A stretch of 51,913 bases of DNA, counting the filler, from Streblomastix strix (taxonomy: Eukaryota): NCBI GenBank assembly GCA_008636045.1. It is 2 parts of 2 records of this genome, joined end to end, with 100 filler letters (N's around TTAATTAATTAA, not from the genome) between each part and the next. Parts side by side here need not be neighbours in the genome. Positions count along the whole stretch, not along the records: positions 26,021 to 51,913 come from SNRW01000186.1; 1 more part is not named here. One strand, given 5' to 3'. A program made the translations under genes and the position numbers. The stretch's first letter is position 1. Each line of letters opens with the position of its first letter. This document shows positions 38,513 to 51,913 of this stretch, piece after piece. The notes beneath the pieces are model-generated. The model did not search any database. It saw nothing but the letters and a program-made list of their open reading frames with translations, and had not been told where the DNA came from.

Positions 38513-40474
38513 TTAGTATTTTTCTCCACTATTCGACTCTAGATCAACGAGGAATGCCGCAATTTTTCTTGATAGTGATATGTCCTTGCTTGTAGTTATC
38601 TCCTTACTCGGGTTCAGAATCTGAATGCTTTTTCTAAGAAAAACGTATCTGTTACTGCCTGTTAATAAGAGTGTGAACCGTATTTGACCTGGCCACCAAG
38701 GTGCTATCATTATTAACTTTGAATGAAACTATTGCCAAGCGATCATGGTTTTTCAAATCTTCAGAATTAATGAATGGATCCAAAAGATCACCTCCTTCCA
38801 TGGCCTCGAAAACGCGTTTAACTAATTTGCTTCTTTCTCATCCTCTCCTTTTGCCACGATTCTATCCACGAGTTTATTTTCCCCTGTTGCAAACAAGTCC
38901 AACGTTGGTGCTATCTATTTTGCCAAACAAAGATTTTTGAATATTTCTTTCTTTATTGAATAATCGCCCTGGATGCTTAGTCTACTAAATGCACCTGCTT
39001 TCTTGTTTGATAATCCTGGAATATGTTGAGACCATGTTTGAGTTCCCAGCTGTTTACCTAGATTTACTATTTTCTTCACTTCTGATACTAGTGTTTATCA
39101 AACTTTCTGTTTTCCAAAATCTTACACAGCTGTAGAGCTATCTGACCTGATGAGGATCGCTTTGATCTGCAGCTCTTTAAAGACTTATCTGTAGCGGAAT
39201 AGTCCAAAGAATATGGCTTCCATGTCCTTCCTATCGTTTGTCTAACCTCATTGTTCATTATTCCATTCTACAAATTGGTCTAAAGTATACCCTGTTTGTA
39301 GTTCCAGAACCACTCCCCAACCCTTCGTAGATGCACTTGAGATCATTGCAACTTCAGAAATTTTAGTTTTTAAGAATCATCATCTAGTTTCTAGATATTA
39401 TTCCTTGCTGTTAATAAAGTTTTTGACGGTGTTTGTTAGGTAATTTCAAATTAAATTTCCATTCCTTGTTCAACAATGCTCTTGTTATTACTGAGTCCAT
39501 TACATTTAAATAGAAGGAAGCTACTCTTACTTGGACTCTTAGAAAATTCAGTTACCTATTTTCGAAGCTAGATATTTGATCAAAATTTGTACATCTCTTT
39601 GCGATAGAATAATAAATCTCCTTAACTAGAAGCGAAATTGTTCTTTTCTAAGGTCAATCAACTTTAAATACATCCTTTTCATGTCTCATGATCACGATGG
39701 GAAAATAATTTTTAATTTTAGTTCTGTACAACATTTCTCTTAGGCCATTGTCCACCTAAATGATTCCAAAATTCTCATTATTATTTAAGTTTAATATAGC
39801 AATCTTTCTTTGTTCAAAAATATGAGGAGCAGATCGTCCAGCCAAATACGTATTTTTATTTATGTTTCTTTCTGTATCTTAGTTTGAACCATTGCTAGTG
39901 CATATGCGAAGAAGATTGGGGAGTGCTTTATTTCAAACGGCATTGCTCTATATTAATAAACATTCAACATTGCATCGAATGCTTGGTATGGTCCGTGCGT
40001 TAGATATATTATTAGTTGGTGAAATGCCGACTTATGATCTTTAATTGTTGTCCAGTCTCCTTTCCTTATCAAATCTCTCACTTGATCTGTTCCATTCATC
40101 TTAAAATGAATCGTTTGGATTTCCTTGTTCAGTGCGCTCGCATCCAGAATTTTCCTCCATTTCTAATGAGGCTTCGGAATTATGAATGTTGGATTATCCC
40201 ATTTAGCCTGTTCTGGATGTATTTATTCTATTATGTTTTCTCTTAATTCATCCTTCAATTTCTCTGTGTATGCTATTTCCTCTTCTCTTGAGCCCGAGAA
40301 CGGACAAATTCTCAGCTTCTCTTACAATCTCTTTTCGCTATCCTCGTTCATAAATAGAAGGAAAAACCCTTTTTGTATGAATTCCATTCCCTTTACCAAT
40401 TTCCATGTCTCTAGATAACGAATTGTTTTTCCCTACATTCCCGTGTTTGGTTGAGTTTGTAGTATTTCCTCCAT
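38513..40474 (-). pseudogene. Reverse transcriptase / RNase H / adenine-methyltransferase-like ORF of element A
   Basis: RT: NPTFIIPKPHQKWRKILDASALN, DHKSAFH, YRAMPF and WLDDLLL (39844-39833, YxDD position). RNase H: SASTKGWG, MEAI, RSDSSTAV, HIPG. MT: LDLFAT, NAFSRPW, IAPWWPGQ. Contains stops and frameshifts. Confidence 0.9.
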
Positions 40475-40599
40475 TGGGGGTCCTAGGAAGGATTTCTAGT
40501 GTATGAATCTCCTCCTTTGTTCTATTCTGAATTCCCATAAGTTGGAATCGTCCGGGGGCTCGCACCTGGCTGTCAATGCTACTAGTCTTCACTCTAGTT

Positions 40600-43500
40600 C
40601 AAATTTGTTACAAATGAAGTATTTATACATGTAGCTAAATTTCTGACAAATATCCTGTCTCCATTCTTCTCAACCTTGAGTTCACTAATAAGATTTTCCT
40701 GGAGATATGTAGAAAGTGATATATAAATATTTTTCGGTTTGGTTCCTGCAACCCATACTTAGCTCGAATCTATGCTGTCAGTAGAAGATGCTACCTTTCT
40801 TATATTTCCATTTTTTGAAAGTATCTCGCTGGGTACATGATGAGCCTATGCTGCTTCATATGCAGTCAATTGATACATAGTTCCTTTTGGAACTATGAAT
40901 GGGTTGGTTTTCATTCCTGCAAGATCAACATTCAAATTGAGCATTTAATCTAGTTCGAGTAAGGTACAGTCTAACTCTGTGGGTTTGTTTATGTTAGAGA
41001 GGCTATTCATTGACTTCTACTGATGGGTTGTCTAGATCTTTATTTTATGTTTGACTGGTCCGGTGCCCTCCCTGGCGGTCCCGGATAGTTCATCTAACTA
41101 AACAATGGACCAAGGTGACCGTCCAACACCTAATTATTGTAGTACCATTATGTTTATGCTATGTTATTTCTTTGCTTTTTCTAACTATTCTTATGTTTCA
41201 TGTACTTATGTTTCTTATTGTTCTTGTTTAATGGTCTGATTTCTAAATATTAAGACTCATCTACAAGTTCTTCTTGAAATTCATCTTGTTATTCACCTGT
41301 TCCACTTCCAAAGTCCCAACCTGTATCAATTAGGATTGCTTTATTATTCTAATCCATTATCTTCATTTATACTTGAGATTCATAGAAGGATGTTGGTCTC
41401 ATTTATGATCCAAATCCTCTTTTCACTCTCTATTTTTCCTCAGGTAATAATCTATTTAATATTTGCAATCGCAGTCTCATAGCCTCATCTTTATTAGAGT
41501 GGCCATAGAGTTTATTTTTCACATTATTCATCATGTTTTGAAAATTCTTATTCTATTCCATCATATTTATGTATTTGACTTGTTCTTCTATACATACTTC
41601 AATTTCAACCTGTCTTTTAGGATCTTATGTATTTAATGGTAGATGATTAATAATCTCTTCGATTGGGATATATTTGGATTATTATACACCTTTGACGATT
41701 TGATGGTTAAGGTCTGTCGCAAATAGGGATTATTTCTGACTTGGTTATTTACTTTATTTAATTTATATTAATGATGATGATGATGGTGATAGTGAAAAGG
41801 ATAGCTATTATTATTCATTCAAAGATCCCATCTCCGATGATGAGGTTTAGTGAGTTAGATTAAGCAATCCTTAAAATTTTTATGAAGGTTAGAATGGATT
41901 TTGTTCTGCCATGTTATTCAAATCATCATTTTATCCTACTTATAGATGTTATAAATTTTAAGGTGATTTTGTTTAAGGTGTATGGGTTGCATCTGTTTGG
42001 GTAGGTTATTAGTCTCCGTTGTTTGTATTTACTTGTTCATTTATTGGGATGTTCTCTATATTCTACTGAGTATTCTACTTCAAATTTATAACATCTATCT
42101 ATTGTATATATTCATTTTATGTATAATTGATAATGACATTTAATTATTAGAATAGTATTTCTTTATTAACTTCATGAAGCTATTTTATCTGTTATTAGAT
42201 CTATTTGTTCGCCTATTAATTCAATTATTCTTAATTATCCTTTGCGGCGAGTAATTGTTGTGCTGTTTGGAAATTCGGGATTGGTTTATCTCTCTCTTGA
42301 TTGATTGATTCTGCACTTGTCCAAGAAACTGTGCTTTCTTCATCAAAGTTGGGGGAGATGTTATTTGCTATGCGAAATACTTCTTCTTGAACTGCTCAGG
42401 GACTTGGCATGTAGACTGGAGCTCCTGTAGCTGTTTGAACTGGAGGTAAGGCTTATTCTCGTCTATTGCGTTGTATCCTAAATTATCTTATTTGTTGTCT
42501 TTCGATCTTGCGGTGTAGACATTCAGCCCAATCATCATTATTTTATCCATTTCCCGAACCTTCACTTCAATTTATTCTTCTTCTCTTTCTGCCTCTCCCC
42601 AAATCTAACTAATCATTTCTATCGTTTCGATCTTTCTCATGTCTATAACTGCGGTCGTGATCATGATCATGGTCGTGGGGATGGTGGTGGTTATCATCAT
42701 CATCCAAATCAATTCTTATTGTATCTAGATAAAATCTGAATATACTTCTCTATTAAACGATTTCTAATCAATAATGATTAAATATTCATGTCTGGCATGT
42801 CTCTGGATAAAGATTTTTTTATTCTAAATATCCTCCTCAAATCTTCTATGCTGTTCTACAATTTATTTTAAACCCACGTATCTTTATGTATAACTTCTCT
42901 GGACCTAGAAATCTCAGAGAGTATAGAATAGTTATAAATTGATGTCTATTAAATATTCCGGAAGCGATATTGAGGAAAAAAACTCTAGTCTGTTCTGTGT
43001 GTGCTCTCCCTGTTCCATAATGGCTAAAAGTCTTACGCAATCCTTCTTGTAAGGGCTGTTCCAGAAGAATCTATTAATCTACCATTTACGTATCTAGGTT
43101 TCTAAACCTGGTTGTTTGATGATGTACTAATGTGAGAGGTCCGATTGTGGTAAGCTGGTTATATTACTAAATCAGTTATTAACAGCTCTAGCTTTAGAAG
43201 TTAGATTGAAAGGCTGGATGATCAATTGAGCATGATGTTGGATCGGTTAATAAATTAGATTATTGAGTCTATTATAATCCAAAGGTTAGAGGATTCTACT
43301 TGAATTTGGGAATGCCTTCAGTGATGCTCGGTTATCTGTATAATTATATGCTATAGCCAGAAAGTTGGGTCTATTAGAAAAGTTCTGGTTACAGAAAACC
43401 TTAAAATTGGTACATTCCCAGGTACATGCCAAATCCCTGGAATAGCTATTATATCTACGGTCTTGGAATCAATTGTCTTGAGAAAAAATGATTGAACAAT

Positions 43501-43600
43501 TTGGAGTCGAAGTAAACGTCGTCAGCTGCTGAATCTGCAGTCGTAGTCCCATCACAATTGCGGAATATTGGCCTGCTTGTTGATTAACTAAGTCCTGACT
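40600..43600 (-). pseudogene. ORF1 (gag-position, Q/N-rich) of element A
   Basis: Long, mostly open Q-rich frames upstream of RT, homologous to the remnant at 1-900. Boundaries are approximate. Confidence 0.6.
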
Positions 43601-46299
43601 TCCTTATCTTTGTATAATTCTCAACGCATCCAATTAATGAATTTCGTTAGATAAAACTCCGTAATAGCTCGGATCAAATTATTGGGCACCTTAAGCGCCT
43701 TCCTTCATCTGTATCCGGATGTAAGTTGACCTTTCTGCGAAGAGTAGTTTTGCAGCACACATACCTATTTGGTCAATCAATAAATCCTTCGTGCTTCCTT
43801 TCAGTTAATGTTGTATCAAACGTATTGCTAACTTGTACAACTTCAGAATAGTCATATAAATAATTATACCTCTGTATGAACAACAGTAGGAACAGCTGGC
43901 AATCTATGTACTTAGTTAGATGATCAATAACTTAAGGAAAGCTGAGAGAACGCATTTTGCAAGAGCGTAAAGTGAAAATGGTACTATTTTGAACTATTGT
44001 AACTTAGTTACGAATTCAATTAATTCACATTTGTAAAGTCAAACTGGATAGCAAATGTTACGAAGTCAGATAATTGCAATGAGCGATGTTGAAAGCAAAG
44101 AAACGACGAGAAGTATCAAATTGTCGTTTAATGTCCAGCAGATAGACCTTAAAAAAGTCTAGACTAAAAAAATTTCAATAATTAGCGACATCAACAGTCT
44201 AGAAATAGATAATGAGACCAATATTGAACTACAGTGAAAATTTGGCTCTCGAACAAAATGAAGAAACATAAATTACAGTAATATAAAGCAATATGTTTTT
44301 ATCAAACACGGGACCGTGAGGAAAATCTCTACAAGGAAAAGAACTAGCAGGGCCATAAGCACCAATAAACACAACGAGACCGTAAGTAGCGATTTTCCAT
44401 CACACACAGGGTACAGAATAAAAAATTCAAGAAACGTCAAATATATTATCAATTGAAACTATTAAGGACCATTTATATTGATGAGTATTAAAACAATTTG
44501 ACTCAATACTAATAAGCAAAGATCACGAAAGTCAATACTGGACCGGTTTTGGTTCTGGAATATCACACTTTGTAGACTGGAGAAAGTTCAAAAAATAAGG
44601 ATTTATGCATTCGATAGAAGGGGTAAAAGCGTTCTGAAGAGAGTATGTACAACTTTGATTTGAGAGTTGCATGAGTGAGAAATGAGTATGACTAAGAGGA
44701 CAACTCAAAGACATTACATCAAGCAAAAACAGTATGAACACCAATAGAAACTGAAGCGAATATGAAACTAGAAGTTTACTGAGATTGTAGAAGACGATGA
44801 ACTTATAGAGGTAGAGATTTGAATTAAACACAATCCGTATATGAAGCAAAATTTCTGTAAGACAAAGAATCAACAAAATTGGAATATGACACAATAATAT
44901 GATAATAAAAATAGAGGAGAAGGTTGGGATAACAATCAAAACGATGAGCATACAAAATATAAGCGAATGGGGAATGATCGACCTGAGAATCATAGTAACA
45001 GATACTCAATTGTGACAGAATACGAAGCACTCCAATTTACAATAGTAGCACAGCATCCCTAGCAACCTGTTCATAAAACACAACGAAAACAATAGATAAA
45101 AATATAATCACAACAATAAGCCGAAGTTTAAATACTAAAGAATTAGATAAGTTGAAACTCCAAACTAAACGAAATCAATGAACAAGAAAAACTGTAAGAA
45201 AAGTTAGCAAAATCATAGTTAGAGAAAAAACAAAATTGCTTATTTGATTCAAAGAAATTTTGGCAGTAAGTGATTGGAAAAATAAAAAATAAAAATTTCC
45301 AAATATCCAAATAAGCTCCATAATAATAATAATAACAAATGAGTTAATAAACACTCTTCATCTAATCTGCAAAATAATAAATAGTATACCAAATATTCAA
45401 CATGAAAGTTCAATAGAAGATAGCTTCATCAGTACCAGGAATGATTATAACTGGAATGAACGAAGACAAACCAAGTAATAATGCATAAATACTTAATACG
45501 CTAATAAAAAAAACTACACAAAGAGCAGGATTTAAATAAAGTTAAAAGAAAATGGAGAGAGAAATGAAAAAATTGCAAACGGTTATAAAACTTTAGCAAC
45601 AAGAGAACTGCAATTTTTTACTAATTTTGACGCAGGTACATCTGATATTCAGGAAACTGTTGGAAAGCTGATTGGTTTGTAATCGAGTCCTTGTGCCAAG
45701 AGTCCATGCTTAAATGCTGGATTTAGGCTTAAAGAATCAGGATCAACAACAATCAGGAATATAAAAAAACAAATGCTTAAAAAAATCGAAGATCAAGAAG
45801 ATATTGCAGAAGAGGAAGAAGATGAATAAACCGATGAAGCAGCATTAAACTAAAACAAAGACTATAGAGTTAATATAATCTCATAGCCATCAGTTTAGGA
45901 GAATCTGGGAACTTTTTCCTAAAATTTCCAATGCTTAAAATGCTAATAGTTAAATGGATAAAGATAGTACAGGCCCTGCTCCAGTTGGAGTATAAGAGAA
46001 GCCTAACAAAGGGAATGGAAGCAAAAAAATAAAAATTGTAGGCTTAAATGCCTCTAACGAACTAAACTTGGGCTGCAATACTCAATCTTAAACTCAAACT
46101 GCTTCCACAGTTCCAAAATTTTAAGCTATCCCCAAATGAAGCAGGAAGAAAGTCGAATAGGTTAAAGCCGAACCACAAAACTTAAATGAATAGGATGAAG
46201 TGGAGTAGATCCCCTGATCGGGCAGGGACTCTCCAACCGAAGGAGATCAACGTTGAGATCTCCTTGTAGAATAAAGAAATGGAGCGCGCTGATAAGTAT

Positions 46300-48290
46300 G
46301 GCTTCTCAGGAGTAGGATGGAATGATTTAAGAATTGATATTTAGAGTGAAGCGTAATAAAATAAGAAGCAAGATATAAAGATTTATAGATGCAAAAACGT
46401 AGATAGGAAAAGAAAATTTCATAAAAGCTGGATTTAATCAGATATTGAAAAATTAAAAGAATTAATAAAATCAAAAGGAGAATGTATTTATAATGCCATT
46501 TAGAGAAACGAAAGAAACGAAGGAAGCATAACAAGAAATGATGAAGGAAGAATTAGAGGATGAATTAATAATAATAATATAAATGAATCAAGTGAAAGGG
46601 TTGAAGCGTACTTTCATAATAAAGAAACATAATGGAACGTGGAGAGAGATTCTGGGTGCGAGCAAGTTAAATAAAGAGATAGAGAAATCTTCCTTCAAAA
46701 TGTATGGACTAGAGGAAGTACAATACCTAGCTAATTTAATGAATTATGCAATATTCCGCGACCTCAAATCAGCATTTCAATACTTTATAGTATCTCAAAA
46801 CTCAATCTAGTTCCTAGATTTTTGCTTAAATGATTAAAATTACACATGTAATGCTATGTAATTTGGGATTAATCAAAGTTAAATCTTCTTCGCAAAAGCA
46901 ACTGAATCAATTGTTAGACAAAATTAATAAACTCATAAGTCAAAATGCTGGACTACTCCGAAGATATTCTTCTAATCCATTAAGGCTAATAAATACTCAA
47001 AACTTGAACAATCAAAATAATGATAATGCGGCAACAATTCAGATGGATAATATCAACAGAGAAATGGGAAATGGAACCGAAATAAAAAATATTATTCATA
47101 GGATGGATATGGGCCCTGAAGAAAATGAAAATATGATTGACAGAAGAATGAAAGCTGAAAATGATACAAGCATTGAAAGACTGGTTCAACAAAATATATA
47201 AGAATAAAAGTGTGAAGATAAGATAACCAGCAGCGCTGATAGGCTGATTAAACTTCCTTAGACCCTAGATAAAAAAAGCGTCTCTGTATCTTGTAGAACT
47301 GGACAAAGCAAAGACACAAACACAAAAAACCAAATCATGAGACGAGACAATGATAGTGAACAATGGAGTAATATGAGAACTGAAATGGATGATAAGGAAA
47401 ATTAGGTATAACGAACTTTAATTTTTGATAAACAAAACAATAACATGTACAAATGCAACATTCACATCATGAAATGCATGGAAGTAACATTTATATGCGC
47501 AAATCAAATAGAATTAAAATAACACAAATTTTGGAGCAACAATGAAGTAGAAGTGACAAGGAACGCTAATGAAATGAAGGCTATTTACTACTGGCTGCTC
47601 AGTTTCGAGCAAATCTTCAAAAAGATGCAAGATCAGGCAGTCTTGATTTGTTCAGACAACACTGCTGCAGTCTACGATAATGAGAAATGGAAAGCGAAGG
47701 AAACCTTGATAAAAAAATAAAACAAGAATTATTTTTAGTTAGAAGACTTAAATTATAAATTGTCATAATCCACATTCCAGGAAAACTAAGCTCAGCAACA
47801 AACTTGCTGTCTAAACTTTGCGGATTGGGAAACTATACACTGAAAGTTGGTAATTCAAATGATATTTATGATATGAAAATTCATGCCACAGATATGCATA
47901 TTCGCAATTCAATATAATAAACTTTTTAATAAATTTATCGCAATGGGTAACAACGATCTAGAGATTCACTTCCACAACGTGTTCAATTATAAATGGATCA
48001 AAGTTATATTATTTTTTCATCCACAAAAACCACTATTAAACGGAGTTTTACAGAAGATAAAATAAGATGAACTTCAGAGAATAGTTATAGCGCATATTTG
48101 ACTGAGACAATCGTAATACATCAAACAAACAAATTTATTCGTTAGGATCCTTTTCCTTGGATCATCATAGAAAATTACGTAGAAAAGATTAAAAATGAAA
48201 GACATAGTTCAAAAGCTTTCATCAATAAATGTGAGCACCAACCTTCTGGACCTGTCGCAGACATAGGAAGAGACTTACTAAAGAGATGCA
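46300..48290 (+). pseudogene. RT / RNase H / methyltransferase-like ORF of element B
   Basis: TFIIKKHNGTWREILGASKLNKEI, DLKSAFQ, YSEDILL (46954-46965, decayed YxDD), EMKAIYY, CSDNTAAV, HIPGKL, CIFA..NKL, NVFNYKW..HPQ and IVIAHI*LRQ. Confidence 0.85.
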
Positions 48291-49490
48291 TGAAGATGAA
48301 AGGTTTTTCAGAAGAAGAAGTTAATTTATTATTTATAGAACAAAAGTATATAACAACCAAAAGCGATTTTTATCCCCTATTATTATTTATAGGATTTGTT
48401 AGATATAAAAATAATTAAAATTGATGTAGTGATGAAAAGAAGTGCAGAAGTAATATTTACAGAAATACTAGTTTTACTTGCAAGATAAAACGGTTCAGTT
48501 GCATCAACAAAATTATGCAAAACTTGACTAACTGCAATGTTATCCCTCGTATACAATGAGAACTAAGCATCTTCATCTATCTCAAAAACGATTAACAAAG
48601 CATTTGCAAAAGCAACAATCCTCCAAAGAAGATATTAGAATATTTGGAACTTTTAAATGTTATTCAAACATTGAGATATAATCATTACAAAGCTAATATT
48701 TTAGCAGTTATGATCTATATGTTAAAATTGGCTCTATATAGATGACATTATGTTTTCTCAGACAAAATTAAATTGCGGAAATAAGATTGAAGATTCCTAA
48801 TGTTAATAAAACTGAAACTAATATATCACTAAGATTGGCACCAAAACAAGCTAATACAATCGAAACATATGAAGTATACGAAATTGATAATGAAAGCTTG
48901 AGTCCGAAGCTAGCAATATATGAATGGATTGATAGACTAAAGAAACAATTCCCAAAAGGTACAGACTTTTTATTGCGGCATAAATGTTTTAATGAACCAA
49001 CAAATGCAAAAAACATCAATATACAGCTTATAAAACTATTAAGAGAACTGACGATAATAGGAGCATTAACATATTCAATATGACATTCAACTACATCAGA
49101 GTTAGCAACGTTAGATATCCTTGAAAGAGATAACACCACCTTTACATGTTAGTCCTAAAACTCACGTATTGTTAATTAATATTATTTTATCATATCATCA
49201 ACATGAACCAATGAAATAGCTAGGTAAATATCAAGTAATCAATGTTGAGATAAAGGAAAGTTAAACTAGGTGTCTCAATAAAGAGTTGAGATAAGGAGAG
49301 AAGGGGGTAATCAATTATTATCCTCGTCAACTTTGAAGATAGAGTAATGATTTATTATTTTTGTATCTCCTTATCTCACCTCTGGCCCACCCAAAGTATA
49401 TATCCCACCCCCAAGTGAAATAGAAATAAGGAGAGAATTCATTAAACGAATGAGTGATCGAACAAGCGGAATGATGCTGAAGGTGAATTG
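48290..49490 (+). pseudogene. Tyrosine recombinase of element B
   Basis: RRYQNIWN, CFLR, LSPKLAIYEWI, TYSI*HSTTSEL (catalytic Arg replaced by TGA at 49081-49083) and VNQYYF. Paralogous to the element-A YR. Confidence 0.82.
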
Positions 49491-51377
49491 AAACGCATGG
49501 AATCATAATTACGAGATAAAGACATTACTCTGTCAAAGATTGATTAGTTTGGTGTAACAGATTTTCGATAAAAAGATGTTGTCAACAAGTTATATCGACG
49601 AATATGAAGAAGAAATAGGCGAATGAGTGAAATTAAATTAATCCTCTAAGAATGATTAAACAATTATTGAAGGATTTACGCATTTTAATTTATATTTTAA
49701 TAGTTTAACATTTATTTTTGTACTTATACCATTACATTCTGAGGTTTTTTTACGAGATTCTATATTTCTTTCCCTCATGAGAGCAGTTAAACCAATAATT
49801 TATCAATTTTATTGGGGTTTTTTACTCTTAATTATTTATTTTCCTCACGAGAGAAGTTTTTGCAAAACAATTTTTTTATCTCGATTTAGCTTTTTCTAAA
49901 AATTTTTACAATGATTATATATTTAACTGGGTTTTTTAATAATGTTCCTCAATACTTTTCTCAGAGGGTTTCTATTAAATAATTTTTTTTCAAATCTGAC
50001 TAATATATTTTTTATTTCTTCTTGTCTTGCCTCGTTTTGCCGAACTCTCTTTACCAGGACTCGGTTGTAATTTTCTATTACTTTTGTAAAGTTGTTGTTT
50101 CTTATTTGAATTCTTTACCACATCAAATTGGCCACCCCATAGGTCGGTTGCATGCATGTGCATCAATCATATCGGAGCCACAATGGTATCTCAATAAAGA
50201 GATGAGATAAGGAGATGTAGGGATAACAAATCATTGCAACCAATTAAAAGTTTGCCACACTTATTTAACGAGATCTCATTGTTCAGTATTCTAATATCTA
50301 TATTTACTTTATATATTTTGAATATTTACTAGTGCGTTTGAATATAATAAATAAAATTTAACTTCTGACAATAAGCGTTCAATTTTAAATTTTTATTATT
50401 TTTCCAACAAATTCATTAAAATTTACACAAAACAAATATTTCATTCTTTTAAATTTCAAAATACTTGAATATTTAAATCCAAATAAATAAAAAAATTTAC
50501 TGATTATACACCAAAAACGAATTTCTTGAAAAATTTCAAGATAAATTTTCCCATTAAGCTTCAAGTCAAGATACAGTCGCTACATACGATTTATTTTTTT
50601 ATATATTATGACATTTAAAATCCATCTTATATTTCATTATTTCAATATTACAAGTAATCGTCGAGATAAATAAATTTAATTTTTTTTTCTTTATAATTTT
50701 TAACAAATTTAAAAAAAAATCTATTTATTTTTTTACTTTATTTTCAATTTGACTAACTCACTTTTCTGGTTTATCCTGCCCCACTATACCCATTGTGGCA
50801 ATTTGACATCCCCATCTATTATGATATTGATTCAAATCTATATTTAAGTTTATTCTATAATAAAATAATTTCCTACTAGTATCAAGTTTCAATTATTCAT
50901 TTTAGAAAATATTTCTATCATTAAATATAATTATTTATACATATTTTTGATTTTAAGCAAATATTATTTTTTAAATTGAATTTCTTATATAAAAATTTAA
51001 TTAAATATTTGAACATTAACAAAGAAATTTTGGAATTTTTTTAAATTTTTATTTTTTTTATTTATTGCTGGAATTATTGATTTGTTCTAATTTAAATTAC
51101 AAAATTTTATTATATTTACATGAATTTCTTCAATTTCATGTTTTAAACCCACAATTAAATTAACCCACCCATCTGAAACTCTCATTGTTTTATATGACAT
51201 TTTCTAGAAATATATAAAATATAAAATTATATATTAATCTTTTAAAATTTCCTTAGAAATAAAACAACTTTTGTCTATTTACAAATTTAATATAATGATA
51301 ATTTATTTTTTATATTTTCTATTTTATATTGTTGATTGCCAATTTGAAAATCTTATACAGACACTTATAAATAGCAC

Positions 51378-51913
51378 ATGTCTATAATTAGATCACATAA
51401 GAAGCTTCTTTCAAAATTATCAATTCCTTAGAATGCGCCAATTCCGAGTTATTCTTTTTTACCTCTTTCCACTTCCAATTAACTTACAAATACTTCAATA
51501 AGTTAATAAAAATCGTCTACAATTTTTCCAATACATTTAAGTGGTTCGTATGGAAATAAATATTATAGTGTAATTTCTAACTACCAACCAATTGCTGTTG
51601 ATCCTGTCATAACTGAAGGGATAGTTTATTTTGAAGCAGCTATCCAGGACCTTAAAGAAATATACAATGGTTTGAATTATTTTTCATATTTTTACATTAT
51701 TTGTTAATTTAATTACAAATTTAATTTTCATATAATTTCATTTAGAAAGTGTAGGCATTATGGATTCTTCAATTACATTTATTCCCGAGAGTACTCCTCG
51801 GAACCAATGTATGTAATAAATAATATTTTAAATATTAAATTGGTTTTAATTTTTAAATCCTTTTTTATTTCATTATTAGCTCCAAACTAAACTGTATTTT
51901 ATTCTGGATAAAA
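51378..51913 (+). CDS. SPRY/B30.2-like domain protein (3'-partial)
   Basis: ATG at 51378. Phase-consistent introns at 51670-51745 and 51809-51879. Reads IAVDPVITEGIVYFE..VGIMDSSITF..TVFY. The domain call is from motif recall. Confidence 0.7.

Larger units (their letters stand above)
37150..43995 (-). mobile_element. DIRS-type tyrosine-recombinase retrotransposon, element A (decayed)
   Basis: Domain order ORF1, RT, RNase H, methyltransferase, YR on the minus strand. GC is higher than the flanks. Ends are approximate. Confidence 0.9.
44079..50250 (+). mobile_element. DIRS-type retrotransposon, element B (different family, more decayed)
   Basis: ORF1 from ~44079, then RT, RNase H, MT and YR in order. 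Candidate right terminus at 50189-50250. Confidence 0.87.

Noticed and set aside
44532..45030. 153-aa and 68-aa minus-strand ORFs
   Set aside because: They are antisense shadows of element-B ORF1.
37229..49490. Prophage integrase, retron or DGR interpretation of RT plus tyrosine recombinase
   Set aside because: The RT, RNase H, MT, YR order and the TAR=Gln code fit eukaryotic DIRS retrotransposons. No template/variable repeat pair or phage genes were seen.

Overview
Very AT-rich eukaryotic DNA with spliceosomal introns, read in a code where TAA/TAG = Gln and TGA = stop, so the supplied standard-code ORF track is mostly fragments or antisense shadows. The code, gene families and retroelements resemble an oxymonad such as Streblomastix strix (inference from recalled motifs, not a database search). 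The window is two unrelated contigs joined by an artificial N44-TTAATTAATTAA-N44 linker (25921-26020). Contig 1 (1-25920) is a fold-back: arms 1-12697 and 13224-25920 mirror each other around a 526-bp spacer, most likely an amplification or assembly chimera. Each arm carries DIRS retroelement remnants, a kinase pseudogene, a 30/90-bp minisatellite, a decayed pogo/Tigger transposase, a MITE and an ARM/HEAT-like gene. Contig 2 carries two convergent multi-exon helical-repeat genes, two decayed head-to-head DIRS-type tyrosine-recombinase retrotransposons (ORF1, RT, RNase H, methyltransferase, YR) and the start of a SPRY/B30.2-like gene. The most notable signals are a ~90-100 bp palindrome in the YR tail of three DIRS families whose halves reappear as apparent element ends, isolated in-frame TGA codons in otherwise intact host genes, and an apparent GT-TG intron.
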